NCBI RefSeq assembly: GCF_014280175.1
Contig: NZ_CP047931.1
Coordinates: forward strand, 990,001 to 1,022,000
Reading direction: 5' to 3'
DNA length: 32,000 nucleotides
Source of the DNA: Synechococcus sp. A15-28
GTDB taxonomy: Bacteria > Cyanobacteriota > Cyanobacteriia > PCC-6307 > Cyanobiaceae
The notes beneath the pieces are model-generated. The model was given only the letters and a program-made list of their open reading frames with translations. It did no database searches and had not been told where the DNA came from. A program made the translations under genes and the position numbers. This document shows positions 1 to 8,652 of this stretch, one piece after another (positions within the stretch are counted from its first letter, which is position 1; every line of letters begins with the position of its first letter).

Positions 1-1039
1 CGCTGGTCTGGCGGCCATGGGCGATCTGGCCACGGAATTTGGCCCGCGCCAGGGTCAGGTCGTCCTCGCTGAGGGGCTGGCTGCGCAACTCCTGCCAGCT
101 CTGGTGCAGGAGAGACAAGCTGAGCTCAGCACGTTCGGCGCTGCTGGAGGCATGCAGGACGAACGGCGAAGCTCCAGCTCGCGCCGGGTGATGCGCACCG
201 ACGTCGTAGGCCACACCATGGTCCTCCCGCAGTCGTCGGAACAGCAGGCTCGACATGCCTGAGCCCAGATGGCACTGCAGCAGACGCAGGGCCAGGTCAT
301 CCGGGTGGCCATGGGGGCAGCAGGGTTGGCCCAGCATCATCACCACCTGCTCGGTGTCGATGGATTGCATGATCAGATCGCCCTCTGCGCCGGGCATCCA
401 GTGCACCGGTGGAGGCGGTGGAGCCTCGTCGGTGTCGTGCCAGCCCTCTCCGGTCCGGTTCAGCAGTGTGTCGTCCAGGCTGGAGGACCAGGTTCCGCTG
501 AGGGCCAGTACGGAACGACCCGATGTCAGCTGTGCGGCCAGGGCCCGAAGAGCGCCCTCATCCAGTTGCTGCAGGTCATCGATCACACCGAGCGGATCAT
601 GGCCGTAGCCCGTGTCGCCGTAGACCAGCCGCCGCCATTGATCGATCGCCAGTTGAAAGGGATCCTCCCGTTGGCGTTGCAGGGCCTGCACACTTAAGGA
701 TCGCTCCAGTTCCAGTTGTTCCGTTGCCAGATGGGGTGCTGTGACCATCCAGTCGAGCAACGGCATCAACTCCTGGGCGTCTTCGCTGGTGCAGCGAAGG
801 CTGATCAGCAACCCGTCTTCGTTGGCGTCGCTGCGCAGTCCGGCCCCTCTCCCTTCCACCAGATCCGCCAGCTGGCGGTGGTCGTACGGTCCGCAACCGC
901 GGCTGAGGGTGGCCGCCAGCAGCTGATGGGCACCACGCTGGCCGACACCGTCTGTGGCGCTTCCCCAGGGCAGCAGCAGCTTTGCCGCCAACACCCCTGG
1001 GGTGGTGATTCGATCAACGATCAACTCCGGGATGGCCAT
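1..1039 (-). CDS. M16-family peptidase-like protein, probably the non-catalytic subunit; partial, 3' end lies beyond the window's left edge
   Basis: Minus-strand frame is open from ATG at 1039..1037 to position 1 (my translation: [48 protein letters not shown]...). It resembles the M16 fold, but HQLLA replaces the HxxEH zinc motif. Its start overlaps the upstream M16 stop (ATGA). Absent from the ORF track because no stop lies in the window. Confidence 0.75.
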   Translation of the reverse strand, partial: MAIPELIVDRITTPGVLAAKLLLPWGSATDGVGQRGAHQLLAATLSRGCGPYDHRQLADLVEGRGAGLRSDANEDGLLISLRCTSEDAQELMPLLDWMVTAPHLATEQLELERSLSVQALQRQREDPFQLAIDQWRRLVYGDTGYGHDPLGVIDDLQQLDEGALRALAAQLTSGRSVLALSGTWSSSLDDTLLNRTGEGWHDTDEAPPPPPVHWMPGAEGDLIMQSIDTEQVVMMLGQPCCPHGHPDDLALRLLQCHLGSGMSSLLFRRLREDHGVAYDVGAHHPARAGASPFVLHASSSAERAELSLSLLHQSWQELRSQPLSEDDLTLARAKFRGQIAHGRQTS

Positions 1040-2313
1040 CAGCGTCGCCCCGCCGGAGTTGCGATCAGGCGGCAGGCCCAATCGGGCCGAAGGAGCGGCA
1101 CCAATTCCGTCGACAGCCGATCTTCACTCCAGGTCTGCAGATGCTGCAGGGGTTGCAGCAGCTCCTGCGGGCGATCCCACAAGGTCTGGCTGGCCGCCTG
1201 GGCTGCCACCTGCCCCACCGATTCCAGGGCGTAACGCAAACCGTTGCCGACTAGCTGGCGGCCACGCATCAGTTCCGCGGCTGAAAAGGGGGCCGCCTGC
1301 TCAAGTTGCTCATGAACCGTCGCCTCCACCTGCTCAAGGTCCTCGGGTTCACAGCTGATCTCCAGGGTCATCAGGCAGCCCTGTTCCAGAACACTAAGGT
1401 CCATGTCCACGCTTTCGGCGATCCGCAGCTCCTCCCGGAGCCTGGCCACAAGACGACTGCGTCGCCCCTCCCCCAGCAGTGATGTGGCGAGATCAGCGCC
1501 CATCACCCAGGCCTGGTCGTGGGCGGGAGGACCGCTCCAGAGCATCAGCAATCGCGCTGATTCCAGGCGCGGAAGTTCGATGCTGTGGCGACCCGGCAGG
1601 AGCTTGAGTCCTGTTGGCTCAGCCGTCGGGTGCGCGTCTGACGGCAAATCCGCCAGGGCAGAGCTCTCGATCGTGGCTTTCAGCTCCCTGGCCTTCGGCC
1701 CGCTGATGGCGATGCAGCAATTCTGACCTCGGTAGCGGCGTCGATGGAACCGGCGCATCGCTTCGGGGTCCATGGCCAGAAGACTGGAGCGTTCCCCGAG
1801 GATGGGTCGTCCATAGGGGTGGTCCGGGCAGCCCTGCTTCAGAAGCTGTTGCAGGACCAGCTCATCCGGTTGATCGGCGTACTGGGCGATCTCCTCGAGT
1901 ACCACCTCCCGCTCCAGGCGAAAGGGCTCGTGCTCCAGGGCTGGGTGCAGCACCAAATCCAGCAGCAGTTCCAGGGCCTGCTGGCTCTGAGTGGGTGGAA
2001 TCAGCACATGGAAATGCACGTCGTCAAAGCCTGTGGCGGCATTGCTGCTGCCGCCGAGGGCCTCAATGGCGCGATCAAAGGCACCGGCCTCCAGCCGATC
2101 GCTTCCCTTGAACACCATGTGTTCCAGGAAGTGGGCCATCCCTTCCTCTCCAGCAACCTCCGTGAAGCTTCCGGCTCGACACCAGAGATCCAGGCAGGTG
2201 AGAGGAGCTTCGGGCATCTCCGCTGCCACGCAGCGAACTCCATTGGGGAGGGTCCAGTGGTCCAGCACCGGACCAGGCAACGAGGTGGTCAGAACTGCGT
2301 GGCAAAGTTCCAT
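1039..2313 (-). CDS. M16-family zinc peptidase (insulinase/processing-protease type), catalytic subunit
   Basis: 424-aa ORF with the inverted zinc motif HFLEH ([14 protein letters not shown]) and M16-like N-terminal architecture. Confidence 0.9.
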   Translation of the reverse strand: MELCHAVLTTSLPGPVLDHWTLPNGVRCVAAEMPEAPLTCLDLWCRAGSFTEVAGEEGMAHFLEHMVFKGSDRLEAGAFDRAIEALGGSSNAATGFDDVHFHVLIPPTQSQQALELLLDLVLHPALEHEPFRLEREVVLEEIAQYADQPDELVLQQLLKQGCPDHPYGRPILGERSSLLAMDPEAMRRFHRRRYRGQNCCIAISGPKARELKATIESSALADLPSDAHPTAEPTGLKLLPGRHSIELPRLESARLLMLWSGPPAHDQAWVMGADLATSLLGEGRRSRLVARLREELRIAESVDMDLSVLEQGCLMTLEISCEPEDLEQVEATVHEQLEQAAPFSAAELMRGRQLVGNGLRYALESVGQVAAQAASQTLWDRPQELLQPLQHLQTWSEDRLSTELVPLLRPDWACRLIATPAGRR

Positions 2314-2331
2314 TCTGTTCCCCCCGGCTTG

Positions 2332-3075
2332 ATGCAGTCCCCGCCGTCCGAGTCTTCATCGACGGTTCCCCCCCTGATTCCCTCCCTGGCCGAGACGATT
2401 CGGGGCGCCTGGGTCGGCCTGCCGGATCTCAAACCGCTCGAGACCGAGACCGACTTCACGAGCATCGAGGGGCAACTGGAGGGGGATGACCTGCTCATCC
2501 GCAACGAGCTGCTCTGCTGCCGCGGAATTCGCAAGATCCATCTGGAGCTGGCCCGACTTGGTCGCGGGCTGCAGATCCTCCACTGCGTGTGGTTCCCGGA
2601 CCCTCGCTTTGATCTGCCGATCTTCGGCGCCGACATCGTGGCCGGTCCGGCAGGGGTCTCCGCTGCGATCGTGGATCTCTCGCCGGTGTCCACAGCGCTG
2701 CCGTTGGGCATTGAGACAGCCCTGGCGGGTCGTCCATGCCCGCCCTTTCGCCAGGTGCGAGATCTGCCTGGGTGGGGCACGATTTTCTCCCCTCATGTCT
2801 GTTTCATCCGACCGGATGGTCCCGAGGAGGAGGCGCTGTTCCGGTCTCGGGTTGAGGACGTGCTGGCGATTCTGCGAGCGGCTGTGCTCCAGGCAGCCTG
2901 CGAACCGACGACAGCGGCTTCTACGATCCGCCGTTATGAGGGACAACTGAACTATTGCCTCCAGCAGAAGCGCAACGACAAGACACGCCGGGTGCTGGAG
3001 AGAGCCTTCGACGCCTCCTGGGCCGACCGCTACATCGAAGAGTTGCTGTTCGACGACCCCACGCCCCTGGCCTGA
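2332..3075 (+). CDS. pcyA: Phycocyanobilin:ferredoxin oxidoreductase
   Basis: C-terminal 247 aa of track ORF 1744..3075, starting at MQSPPSE (ATG 2332; in-frame TTG at 2329 is also possible). Ferredoxin-dependent bilin reductase hallmarks: [33 protein letters not shown]. The part of the track ORF upstream of 2332 is antisense to the M16 gene. Confidence 0.85.
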   Translation: MQSPPSESSSTVPPLIPSLAETIRGAWVGLPDLKPLETETDFTSIEGQLEGDDLLIRNELLCCRGIRKIHLELARLGRGLQILHCVWFPDPRFDLPIFGADIVAGPAGVSAAIVDLSPVSTALPLGIETALAGRPCPPFRQVRDLPGWGTIFSPHVCFIRPDGPEEEALFRSRVEDVLAILRAAVLQAACEPTTAASTIRRYEGQLNYCLQQKRNDKTRRVLERAFDASWADRYIEELLFDDPTPLA

Positions 3076-3983
3076 ACCGCCGCTGGCATCGCTCCCGGTG
3101 GATCGGCCTTTGCGGGTTGGTTTTTGTTCTGATCGGCTGTGGTGGTGCTCAGGACACGGATCCGCCAGGGGACGCCTCAGCGTCCGCCTCAAGCACGACG
3201 GTCGTCCGTCCGGAAGCCGTTGCCGCTCTGGGGCAACTCGAGCCCGCCGGAGATGTGCGTCGGTTGGCGGCGCCCACGGCGGGGGTCGCTGGTACTCCCA
3301 GGATCGAGCAGCTGCTGGTGGACGAAGGGTCTGTGATTCGTCAGGGCCAGGTGCTGGCTCGCTTCGACACCAAAGCCGGTCTGGAGGCTGAACTGGCTGA
3401 AGTCGACGCTGATCTGGCGAGTCTCGACAACGAGATTGCTCTTCAGAAGCTGGAGGTGTCGCGGTTCTCCCGCGGTGCTGAATGGGGAGCTGTTGCCCTG
3501 GTACAACGCGAATCCAGCCGGGAGGATCTGGTTCGTCTCGAGGGTGAACAGGCACAGGCCCTGGCGCGGCGTCAGGGATTGCTGGTGGACCTGGAGGAGA
3601 GTGAACTCATCTCTCCCCTGGATGGTCTTGTCCTGGAGATTCATGCTCGAGAGGGTGAACGGCCCAGCAGTGATGGGGTGATGGATGTCGGAGCCAGCCA
3701 GCGGATGCAGGCACGGATCGAGGTCTATGAATCCGACATCGCCCAGATCCGCCTGGATCAGCCGGTGCAGTTGACCAGTGAGAACGGAGGTTTCGATGGG
3801 CAGCTCAGCGGTCGCGTCCTCCAGATCAGTCCCCGGGTGCAACAGCGCGATGTGCTGTCCACCGATCCCACCGGTGATGCCGATGCCCGTGTGGTGGAGG
3901 TGCTGGTGGCTCTCGATGACGCCGATGTCCGCCGGGTGATCCGTCTGGCCGGGCTGAAGGTTATCGCCCGGTTCCAGCCATGA
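2955..3983 (+). CDS. devB: DevB-family (HlyD-type) membrane fusion protein of an ABC exporter; start codon uncertain
   Basis: HlyD/DevB-like coiled-coil and beta-barrel regions ([24 protein letters not shown]..., [27 protein letters not shown]). Hydrophobic N-terminus with lipobox-like VLIGC (3129..3140). A TTG start at 2955 would overlap pcyA by 121 nt; other in-frame candidates are CTG 3072 and TTG 3117. Confidence 0.8.
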   Translation: MPPAEAQRQDTPGAGESLRRLLGRPLHRRVAVRRPHAPGLNRRWHRSRWIGLCGLVFVLIGCGGAQDTDPPGDASASASSTTVVRPEAVAALGQLEPAGDVRRLAAPTAGVAGTPRIEQLLVDEGSVIRQGQVLARFDTKAGLEAELAEVDADLASLDNEIALQKLEVSRFSRGAEWGAVALVQRESSREDLVRLEGEQAQALARRQGLLVDLEESELISPLDGLVLEIHAREGERPSSDGVMDVGASQRMQARIEVYESDIAQIRLDQPVQLTSENGGFDGQLSGRVLQISPRVQQRDVLSTDPTGDADARVVEVLVALDDADVRRVIRLAGLKVIARFQP

Positions 3984-5149
3984 AGACGTTCTGGCAGGGA
4001 CGTCGGATTCCCCTGTCCTGGCTGTTGTTGTCCCGCCAGCCTGTTCGCCTTCTGGTGGCTCTGGCAGGAATCAGCTTCGCCGGGATCCTGATGTTCATGC
4101 AGCTGGGGTTTCGCGATGGTCTCTTTGACGCCAGCGTCACCGTGCACCGCCTGTTCGACGCCGATCTGGTGCTGATCAGTCCGCGCTCCGCCAGTTCCAT
4201 TCGGATGGCGGGCTTTCCCAGGCGCAGGCTGGTCCAGACCCTGGCCGACCCAGCGGTTGAGGGGGTGAGCCCGGTGCACTGGGGCCTGATGCTGTGGCGC
4301 AATCCGGAAACACGCCTGAACCGAGCGATCCTGGCGCTTGGCTTCAATCCGGATGATCCCTTCTTTGTCGATCCCAGCCTGTCGGAAAAGACCGAAGTCC
4401 TCAAGCAGAAGGGCAGGATCCTGTTTGATCAGCTGTCCCGTCCGGAATTCGGACCCATTGCCGACTGGTACCGGGAGGGTCGCACCGTCGAAACCGAGAT
4501 TGCCGGCAATCGCATCCGGGTGGAAGGTCTGGTGAGTCTCGGCACCAGCTTCGGGGCCGACGGGAACCTGCTCACCAGCACGGAGACCTTTCTGGACCTC
4601 TCGCCACAGAAGTCGCGCGGGGCCATCGAAGTCGGTCTGATCCGTCTGCGTCCGGGGGCGGATCCTCAGGACGTTGTGCAGAGGCTGCAGTTGAGGCTCC
4701 CTGACGACGTCAAAGTCCTCACCAAGCAGGGTTTCATTGACTTCGAAAAGAACTACTGGAAGAGCGGCACGTCGATCGGCTTCATCTTCACCCTCGGGGC
4801 CGCCATGGGGTTCGTGGTGGGTTGCGTGATCGTCTACCAGGTTCTCTACACAGACGTCAGTGACCATCTCCCGGAATACGCCACCTTGATGGCCATGGGC
4901 TATCGCCTCAGCCACCTGCTTGGTGTTGTGATGCGCGAGGGGTTCTACTTGGCCGTGATGGGGTACATCCCGGCCTATCTCGCCGGTGAGGGGCTGTACT
5001 GGTTTGTCCGCGACGCCACTCGCCTTCCGGTGGGTATGGATGCATCAAGGGCCCTCACCGTCGGCGGAATGATCCTGGTGATGTGCATGCTGTCCTCGCT
5101 GCTGGCGATGCGTCGGCTGGTGGATGCAGATCCCGCGGAGATCTTCTGA
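3980..5149 (+). CDS. devC: DevC-family ABC exporter permease (FtsX-like)
   Basis: 389 aa with an N-terminal TM helix, a large periplasmic domain and three C-terminal TM helices. ATGA overlap with devB. Sits in devB-devC-devA order. Confidence 0.85.
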   Translation: MKTFWQGRRIPLSWLLLSRQPVRLLVALAGISFAGILMFMQLGFRDGLFDASVTVHRLFDADLVLISPRSASSIRMAGFPRRRLVQTLADPAVEGVSPVHWGLMLWRNPETRLNRAILALGFNPDDPFFVDPSLSEKTEVLKQKGRILFDQLSRPEFGPIADWYREGRTVETEIAGNRIRVEGLVSLGTSFGADGNLLTSTETFLDLSPQKSRGAIEVGLIRLRPGADPQDVVQRLQLRLPDDVKVLTKQGFIDFEKNYWKSGTSIGFIFTLGAAMGFVVGCVIVYQVLYTDVSDHLPEYATLMAMGYRLSHLLGVVMREGFYLAVMGYIPAYLAGEGLYWFVRDATRLPVGMDASRALTVGGMILVMCMLSSLLAMRRLVDADPAEIF

Positions 5150-5829
5150 TGGCCTCCGTTGAGCTTCAAAACCTCAGCCATGCCTTCGGTCGTGGTGAGA
5201 TGCGGCGGCAGGTGCTGCAGGAGATCAGTCTCACGATTGACCCCGGTGAGGTGGTGCTGCTGACGGGACCCTCCGGGTGCGGCAAGACCACACTGCTGAC
5301 CCTGATCGGAGCCTTGCGCACGGTGCAGTCCGGTGAAGTCACCGTGCTCGGCCATCGTCTCGATGGGGCCGGCCGGCGCCAGCGGCAGCAGGTGCGCCGT
5401 GGCATCGGCATGATCTTTCAGGGCCACAACCTGTTGCGCTGCCTCACCGCTGAACAGAACGTTCAGATGGGGGCTGATCTTCTGCCAGGACTCGGCTATC
5501 GCGCTCGACGGGATGAGGCTCGGCACTGGCTGCGCTCCGTCGGCCTGGAGGATCAGATGGGCAAACTGCCCCATGACCTGTCCGGTGGTCAGAAGCAGCG
5601 GGTGGCCATCGCCCGCGCCCTTGCCGCCCATCCACGGCTCCTGTTGGCGGACGAGCCGACGGCTGCCCTTGATGGGGCCACCGGGCGCGAGGTGGTGGAA
5701 CTGTTGCGGCGACTGGCGCGGGATCAGTCCTGTGCTGTGCTGATGGTGACCCACGATCCACGCATTCTGGATGTGGCGGACCGGTTGCTGCGCATGGAGG
5801 ACGGATGCCTGCTTCCGGCAGAGCAGTAA
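5149..5829 (+). CDS. devA: DevA-family ABC transporter ATP-binding protein
   Basis: Walker A GPSGCGKTT, signature LSGGQKQRVAIARAL, Walker B LLLADEPT. I chose the start at MASVELQNL (TGATG overlap with devC) over the longer track ORF from 5083. Confidence 0.9.
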   Translation: MASVELQNLSHAFGRGEMRRQVLQEISLTIDPGEVVLLTGPSGCGKTTLLTLIGALRTVQSGEVTVLGHRLDGAGRRQRQQVRRGIGMIFQGHNLLRCLTAEQNVQMGADLLPGLGYRARRDEARHWLRSVGLEDQMGKLPHDLSGGQKQRVAIARALAAHPRLLLADEPTAALDGATGREVVELLRRLARDQSCAVLMVTHDPRILDVADRLLRMEDGCLLPAEQ

Positions 5830-5861
5830 TGTGTTGGGGATTGCCACGTTGTTGACACCGG

Positions 5862-6017
5862 ATGGCCAAGCGCAGAAATCTCAAGAAGGAAAAGCAGGAG
5901 CGCAACCGCGCTTACGCGCGCAAGTTCAAGAAGCGCAAGCTGCGCACGGATGGCCGCGGCGAGGGTGCTGGTAACGGCGTCACCGGTACTGCAAACAACG
6001 GTGGCGCAGCCGACTGA
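5862..6017 (+). CDS. Small, strongly basic hypothetical protein (51 aa); below the ORF-track length cutoff
   Basis: ATG 5862 to TGA 6015-6017. My translation: MAKRRNLKKEKQERNRAYARKFKKRKLRTDGRGEGAGNGVTGTANNGGAAD. An intrinsic terminator follows, and the ORF fills an otherwise empty 280-nt gap. Confidence 0.5.
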   Translation: MAKRRNLKKEKQERNRAYARKFKKRKLRTDGRGEGAGNGVTGTANNGGAAD

Positions 6018-6042
6018 TTTCAGACCATCACACGATTGATCT

Positions 6043-6069
6043 GGGGGGCCTCAAGCCCCTCTTTTTATT
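6043..6069 (+). terminator. Rho-independent terminator after the small basic ORF
   Basis: Stem GGGGC (6045-6049) / GCCCC (6055-6059), extendable to 7 bp, loop CTCAA, then TCTTTTTATT. Confidence 0.6.
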
Positions 6070-6109
6070 GCTTTTAGGCTGAATCATTCCCACCACTCCG
6101 GTTGCTGCG

Positions 6110-7042
6110 ATGTTCGTCAGCGTCGTTATCCCGACCTACAACCGCCGGCCGATTCTTGAGAAGTGCCTGCTGGCCTTGGAGCAGCAGCAAGCTTGTCCAT
6201 TGATCGACCGCTACGAGGTGGTGGTGGTGGACGACGGATCCACCGACGGCACCCCCGATTGGCTTCGTCAGAACGCGACGCGCTTCCCCCATGTGCGGCT
6301 GATTGAGCAATCCCATGGCGGTCCAGCTGAGGGGCGAAACCGCGGCGTGGATCACGCCCAAGGTGATGTGATCGTCTTCATCGACAGTGATCTGGTGGTC
6401 ACGGACAGCTTTCTGTCCTGTCACGCCGGCAGCCTTGTCAGCAGCTGGGCTGAGCGCGGCGACCGCCTCTGCTTCACCTACGGGGCCGTGGTCAACACAG
6501 CCAACTTCGAGCAGCCCACGGCTGAACGGCACAAGCTGCGGGATCTGTCCTGGGCCTATTTCGCGACGGGCAACGTCGCCATCGACAAGGAGGTGTTGCA
6601 GCGTGCCGGCTTGTTCGACACCGGATTCCGGCTCTATGGCTGGGAGGACCTTGAACTGGGCGAGCGGTTACGCCGCATGGGAGTGAAGCTGATCAAATGT
6701 CCTGCTGCGGTCGGATACCACTGGCATCCGGCCCTCACCCTTGACCAGATTCCGCGATTGATCCAGGTGGAAGGGGAACGGGCCCGCATGGGACTGGTGT
6801 TCTTCCGCAAACATCCGACGCGCCGGGTGCGGTTCATCATTCAGTTCACCTGGTTGCATCGACTGTTGTGGGAGCTGCTCACCCTGGGCGGTCTGATCAA
6901 CGAGCGCAGCCTGCGGCCCCTGTTGCGCTGGCTGATTCGTCGTGGTTACCCCGGTACGGCCATGGAGCTTCTGCGTCTTCCTCTCAACCGCATCGGTGTC
7001 CGTGCCCTGTTTCAGGAAGCTCGCCTGGCGGGCTTGCGCTGA
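6110..7042 (+). CDS. Family 2 glycosyltransferase
   Basis: N-terminal GT-A signature VSVVIPTYNRRPILEKCL ... VVVVDDGSTDGT ... DSD; 310 aa. Confidence 0.85.
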   Translation: MFVSVVIPTYNRRPILEKCLLALEQQQACPLIDRYEVVVVDDGSTDGTPDWLRQNATRFPHVRLIEQSHGGPAEGRNRGVDHAQGDVIVFIDSDLVVTDSFLSCHAGSLVSSWAERGDRLCFTYGAVVNTANFEQPTAERHKLRDLSWAYFATGNVAIDKEVLQRAGLFDTGFRLYGWEDLELGERLRRMGVKLIKCPAAVGYHWHPALTLDQIPRLIQVEGERARMGLVFFRKHPTRRVRFIIQFTWLHRLLWELLTLGGLINERSLRPLLRWLIRRGYPGTAMELLRLPLNRIGVRALFQEARLAGLR

Positions 7043-7180
7043 TCGACCTTTTGATACCGTCTAAGGGTCCTTTCACACCGCACACCTGCCCGTTTCGGGT
7101 GCATGTGACACCGCCAAGAGCCCTCGGGCCGAGCTGTGTTCATCCCTGGCAGGTGGAGGCGAACCCGAAACCCTCAAACC

Positions 7181-7900
7181 ATGGCTGTTGTCACCCTCGC
7201 CGAGATGATGGAGGCGGGTGCCCACTTTGGGCACCAAACCCGTCGTTGGAACCCCAAAATGTCGCGCTACATCTACTGCGCGCGTAATGGTGTCCACATC
7301 ATCGACCTCGTGCAGACCGCCGTCTGCATGAACAACGCCTACAAGTGGACGCGCTCTGCTGCCCGGAGCGGCAAGCGCTTCCTTTTTGTCGGCACCAAGA
7401 AGCAGGCCTCTGAAGTGATTGCCCTCGAGGCTGCCCGCTGCGGGGCTGCCTATGTGAACCAGCGCTGGCTGGGCGGCATGCTCACCAACTGGACCACGAT
7501 GAAAGCCCGGATCGATCGACTCAAGGATCTGGAGCGGATGGAGTCCAGCGGTGCCATCGCGATGCGCCCCAAAAAGGAGGGTGCTGTGTTGCGGCGCGAG
7601 CTGGAACGCCTCCAGAAATATCTGGGTGGCCTGAAAACCATGCGTCGCCTTCCTGACGTCGTGGTGCTGGTGGATCAGCGCCGTGAGTCCAACGCCGTCC
7701 TCGAGGCCCGCAAGCTGGATATTCCTTTGGTTTCCATGCTGGATACCAACTGCGATCCGGATCTCTGTGAGGTGCCCATTCCCTGCAATGACGACGCCGT
7801 GCGTTCGGTGCAGCTGGTGTTGGGGCGTCTCGCTGATGCCATCAACGAAGGCCGTCACGGCAATAACGAACAGCGCGGCGGCGACGACGCCGAAGGCTGA
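7181..7900 (+). CDS. rpsB: 30S ribosomal protein S2
   Basis: [32 protein letters not shown]... is canonical S2. ATG 7181 chosen inside track ORF 7136..7900. Confidence 0.95.
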   Translation: MAVVTLAEMMEAGAHFGHQTRRWNPKMSRYIYCARNGVHIIDLVQTAVCMNNAYKWTRSAARSGKRFLFVGTKKQASEVIALEAARCGAAYVNQRWLGGMLTNWTTMKARIDRLKDLERMESSGAIAMRPKKEGAVLRRELERLQKYLGGLKTMRRLPDVVVLVDQRRESNAVLEARKLDIPLVSMLDTNCDPDLCEVPIPCNDDAVRSVQLVLGRLADAINEGRHGNNEQRGGDDAEG

Positions 7901-7923
7901 GGTTCCCTGAACCGCTAAGTTCA

Positions 7924-7955
7924 CGCCGCCGTCCCGCGTTTGTGGGTCGGCGGTG
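7924..7955 (+). other. Strong intercistronic stem-loop between rpsB and tsf
   Basis: CCGCCG-T-CCCGC gttt GTGGG-T-CGGCGG: 6+5 bp with one T/T mismatch. No clear U-tract follows. Confidence 0.4.
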
Positions 7956-7987
7956 CTTCATGTTCCCTTCCCCGACTTCTACGAACG

Positions 7988-8647
7988 ATGGCAGCCGTAT
8001 CCGCCAAGCTTGTCAAAGACCTGCGCGACAAGACCGGCGCGGGAATGATGGATTGCAAGAAGGCCCTGGCGGCCACCGATGGTGACCCCAACAAGGCGGT
8101 CGAGTGGTTGCGTCAGAAGGGCATCGCCAGCGCTGAGAAGAAGTCCGGGCGCACGGCTGCCGAAGGCGCCATCGGCAGCTACATCCACACCGGTGCACGG
8201 GTTGGTGTGTTGATCGAAATCAACTGCGAGACCGACTTCGTGGCCCGCGGCGACATGTTCCAGGAGCTGTTGCGGGATGTTTCGATGCAGGTGGCGGCTT
8301 GCCCCAACGTCGAATACGTCACCACCGACGACATCCCCAACGAGATCCGGGAGCGGGAGAAAGCCATCGAAATGGGTCGCGACGATCTGGACGGCAAGCC
8401 GGAGCAGATGAAGGAAAAGATCGTTGAAGGCCGCATCGGCAAGCGTCTGAAGGAGCTTGCTCTGATGGAGCAGCCCTTCATCAAGGACAGCTCGATCACG
8501 GTGGCTGAGCTGGTGAAGCAGACCGCCGGCAAGATCGGCGAAAACGTCAAGGTCCGTCGCTTTACGCGCTACACCCTTGGGGAGGGTATTGAGGTCGAGG
8601 AGTCCGATTTCGCCGCTGAAGTCGCCTCCATGCAGGCTGCTTCCTGA
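7988..8647 (+). CDS. tsf: Translation elongation factor Ts
   Basis: [27 protein letters not shown]... is the canonical EF-Ts N-terminal UBA-like domain; 219 aa from ATG 7988. Confidence 0.95.
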   Translation: MAAVSAKLVKDLRDKTGAGMMDCKKALAATDGDPNKAVEWLRQKGIASAEKKSGRTAAEGAIGSYIHTGARVGVLIEINCETDFVARGDMFQELLRDVSMQVAACPNVEYVTTDDIPNEIREREKAIEMGRDDLDGKPEQMKEKIVEGRIGKRLKELALMEQPFIKDSSITVAELVKQTAGKIGENVKVRRFTRYTLGEGIEVEESDFAAEVASMQAAS

Positions 8648-8652
8648 TCCAG

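Noticed and set aside
1744-2331. N-terminal 196 aa of the 443-aa track ORF that ends as pcyA.
   Set aside because: This part is antisense to the well-supported M16 peptidase, and PcyA homology begins only at MQSPPSE (2332). It is an upstream open frame, not a fusion protein.
5771-5974. 67-aa ORF in the devA-GT2 gap.
   Set aside because: It overlaps the devA 3' end and is an alternative frame of the better-supported 51-aa basic ORF (ATG start, terminator placement). Its translation is Ala/Gln/Arg-rich without structure.
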